Assembly: GCF_004010195.1 (NCBI RefSeq) | Contig: NC_057751.1 | Coordinates: 11,460,578-11,524,577 of the forward strand | Direction of reading: 5' to 3' | Length of the DNA: 64,000 nucleotides | From: Chiloscyllium plagiosum | Lineage: Eukaryota | Shown: positions 62,774-64,000 of the stretch, in pieces | Layout of the letters: every line of letters starts with the position of its first letter | Numbering within the stretch: the stretch's first letter is position 1 | The notes under the pieces: model-generated | The model's input: the letters and a program-made list of their open reading frames with translations, nothing else | Databases searched by the model: none | What the model was told of the DNA's origin: nothing | Position numbers and translations under genes: made by a program

Positions 62774-63459
62774 CATGTAAAATAATTGGCTAGGTTATCA
62801 GAAGTAGATTTCAAAATGATCTCTAAGAATAACTTAGTTAACACCCATGAGAATTGATTCCAAAAATGGAAGATCTGACCGAATAAGCTTCTGAGATTTC
62901 AGGAACTGAATCACTTCCTCCCTCCCACACAGCAACACTGCCACCTTCTGCCTTCATTTGCACATGCTCCTCTGAAGCACATGGGACATTTCATGATGCT
63001 AAAGGCATGCTGTAAAGGAAAGTTGTTGTGACAAGGCAAGTGTTTTTTTTGCTGTTCTTTAGTGGGATATGCGCTGTGCTGGCAAGATCAGCATTTGTGC
63101 CCATCCGTAATGGCCCTTGACCTGAGCGGGAGGCTAGGACCCTGTCACTGAGCATTTGAGAGTCAATTATATTGCTGCAAATCTGGAGTTAAAATATAGG
63201 CCAGATTGTGTAAGGATGTGTGTTGCCTTTTTGCAACCATTGAGGAGATTTTCAGGGCTCCGTTCCTGAGAAAAGGTCTCGCTTCCAGATATGTGCAAAG
63301 AAATTGAAATCCCACCACCTGCTCTGCAATGCAGTGAACAGGACCTGGGTCACTAGTCCAGGAATGTCACCAAAACATCAAGGGTTCTGCCCCGCCCTTC
63401 CCCTATCACAACAAAGTTTACAACATTGAGCTTAATTCAAGCTGAAGTTCTGAGGCTGG

Positions 63460-64000
63460 AGTAGATGATGGAGGAGTGGATAATAAGCTGGTTGGAGGTG
63501 CGGCAAGTACCTGAAGCAGAATTGTTTTACAGTTGGGGCTTAGTTCCAATGGGTGAGTTGTGTGGTGCTGGGACCACTGCAGTTTCTATTTAAATAATGG
63601 AGCTCTGTTCAGAAACCTAAATCAAAGTGATCAAATATGCTAAAAAGTAGAAAGGTCTGTAGAACAAGGCATGCTGCATAGAAAGCACAAAATTAACTGG
63701 GCAAAATGTGGAGCATTGGCTTTCAATGCAGAGACGTCAAACTGAGATTGATGCGAAATCTATTCTGCCAATGCGAAGTAGCAATCTAAGAAATCAACAG
63801 GATGTTCAACTACATTGCGAAGACAGTGGAATATCAATGAGGAGATGTCATGGTCACATTGTCCAGTGCTCTTGTTAAGGTGCTAACTTGAATACTGGTT
63901 GCCATGATACCAGACATATGTATAAGCACTGGGAGTAGGACAGTGAAAGCTACAAGTTTGATCTCTGGGGTCAGGAGAGGCCTGACAACAATGGGCTGTT
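63460..64000 (+). mobile_element. Very old CR1 RT remnant, runs off the window
   Basis: Residual motifs gtggtgctgggaccactgc (VLGPL), tcaaatatgct (KFA-like), actgggcaaaatgtgg, cttgaatactg. Confidence 0.5.

Noticed and set aside
59670..64000. Next constitutive TACC1 exon and coiled-coil TACC domain
   Set aside because: No SGCKVKK-like, HATDEEKL-like or heptad-rich coding segment found by eye; presumably beyond the window.

Overview
Eukaryotic (vertebrate) genomic DNA, most likely a cartilaginous fish (shark), judged from HE1-type tRNA-SINEs, HER1/CR1 LINEs and DeuSINE-like repeats; the species cannot be fixed from sequence alone. The window holds the 5' half of TACC1 on the + strand. Coding exons are 14900-15024 (MAFSPWQILSPIQWAKWTWS...), 15219-15319 (SSDSEANFETPE...), 53081-54248 (large SDP-repeat exon) and a 36-nt cassette microexon at 59634-59669 (TIEQVKFLCFL). 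All have canonical AG/GT sites and matching phases, and the coiled-coil TACC-domain exons lie beyond the window. The rest is intron and upstream DNA filled with decayed CR1, L2 and Penelope-like retroelements, SINEs and two TA-flanked Tc1/mariner-type MITEs; almost all other listed ORFs are TE remnants or noise. The most striking non-gene signal is more than a dozen Penelope-derived termini carrying a minimal hammerhead-ribozyme motif (CUGANGA-stem II-GAAACGUC or GAAAGCUA). Some are ~90-130 bp stand-alone inserts with 14-15 bp target duplications, and some are fold-back pairs. The copies with an intact core lie antisense to TACC1. Family names and similarity to human TACC1 are from recall and were not database-checked. 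TE boundaries are approximate unless stated otherwise.
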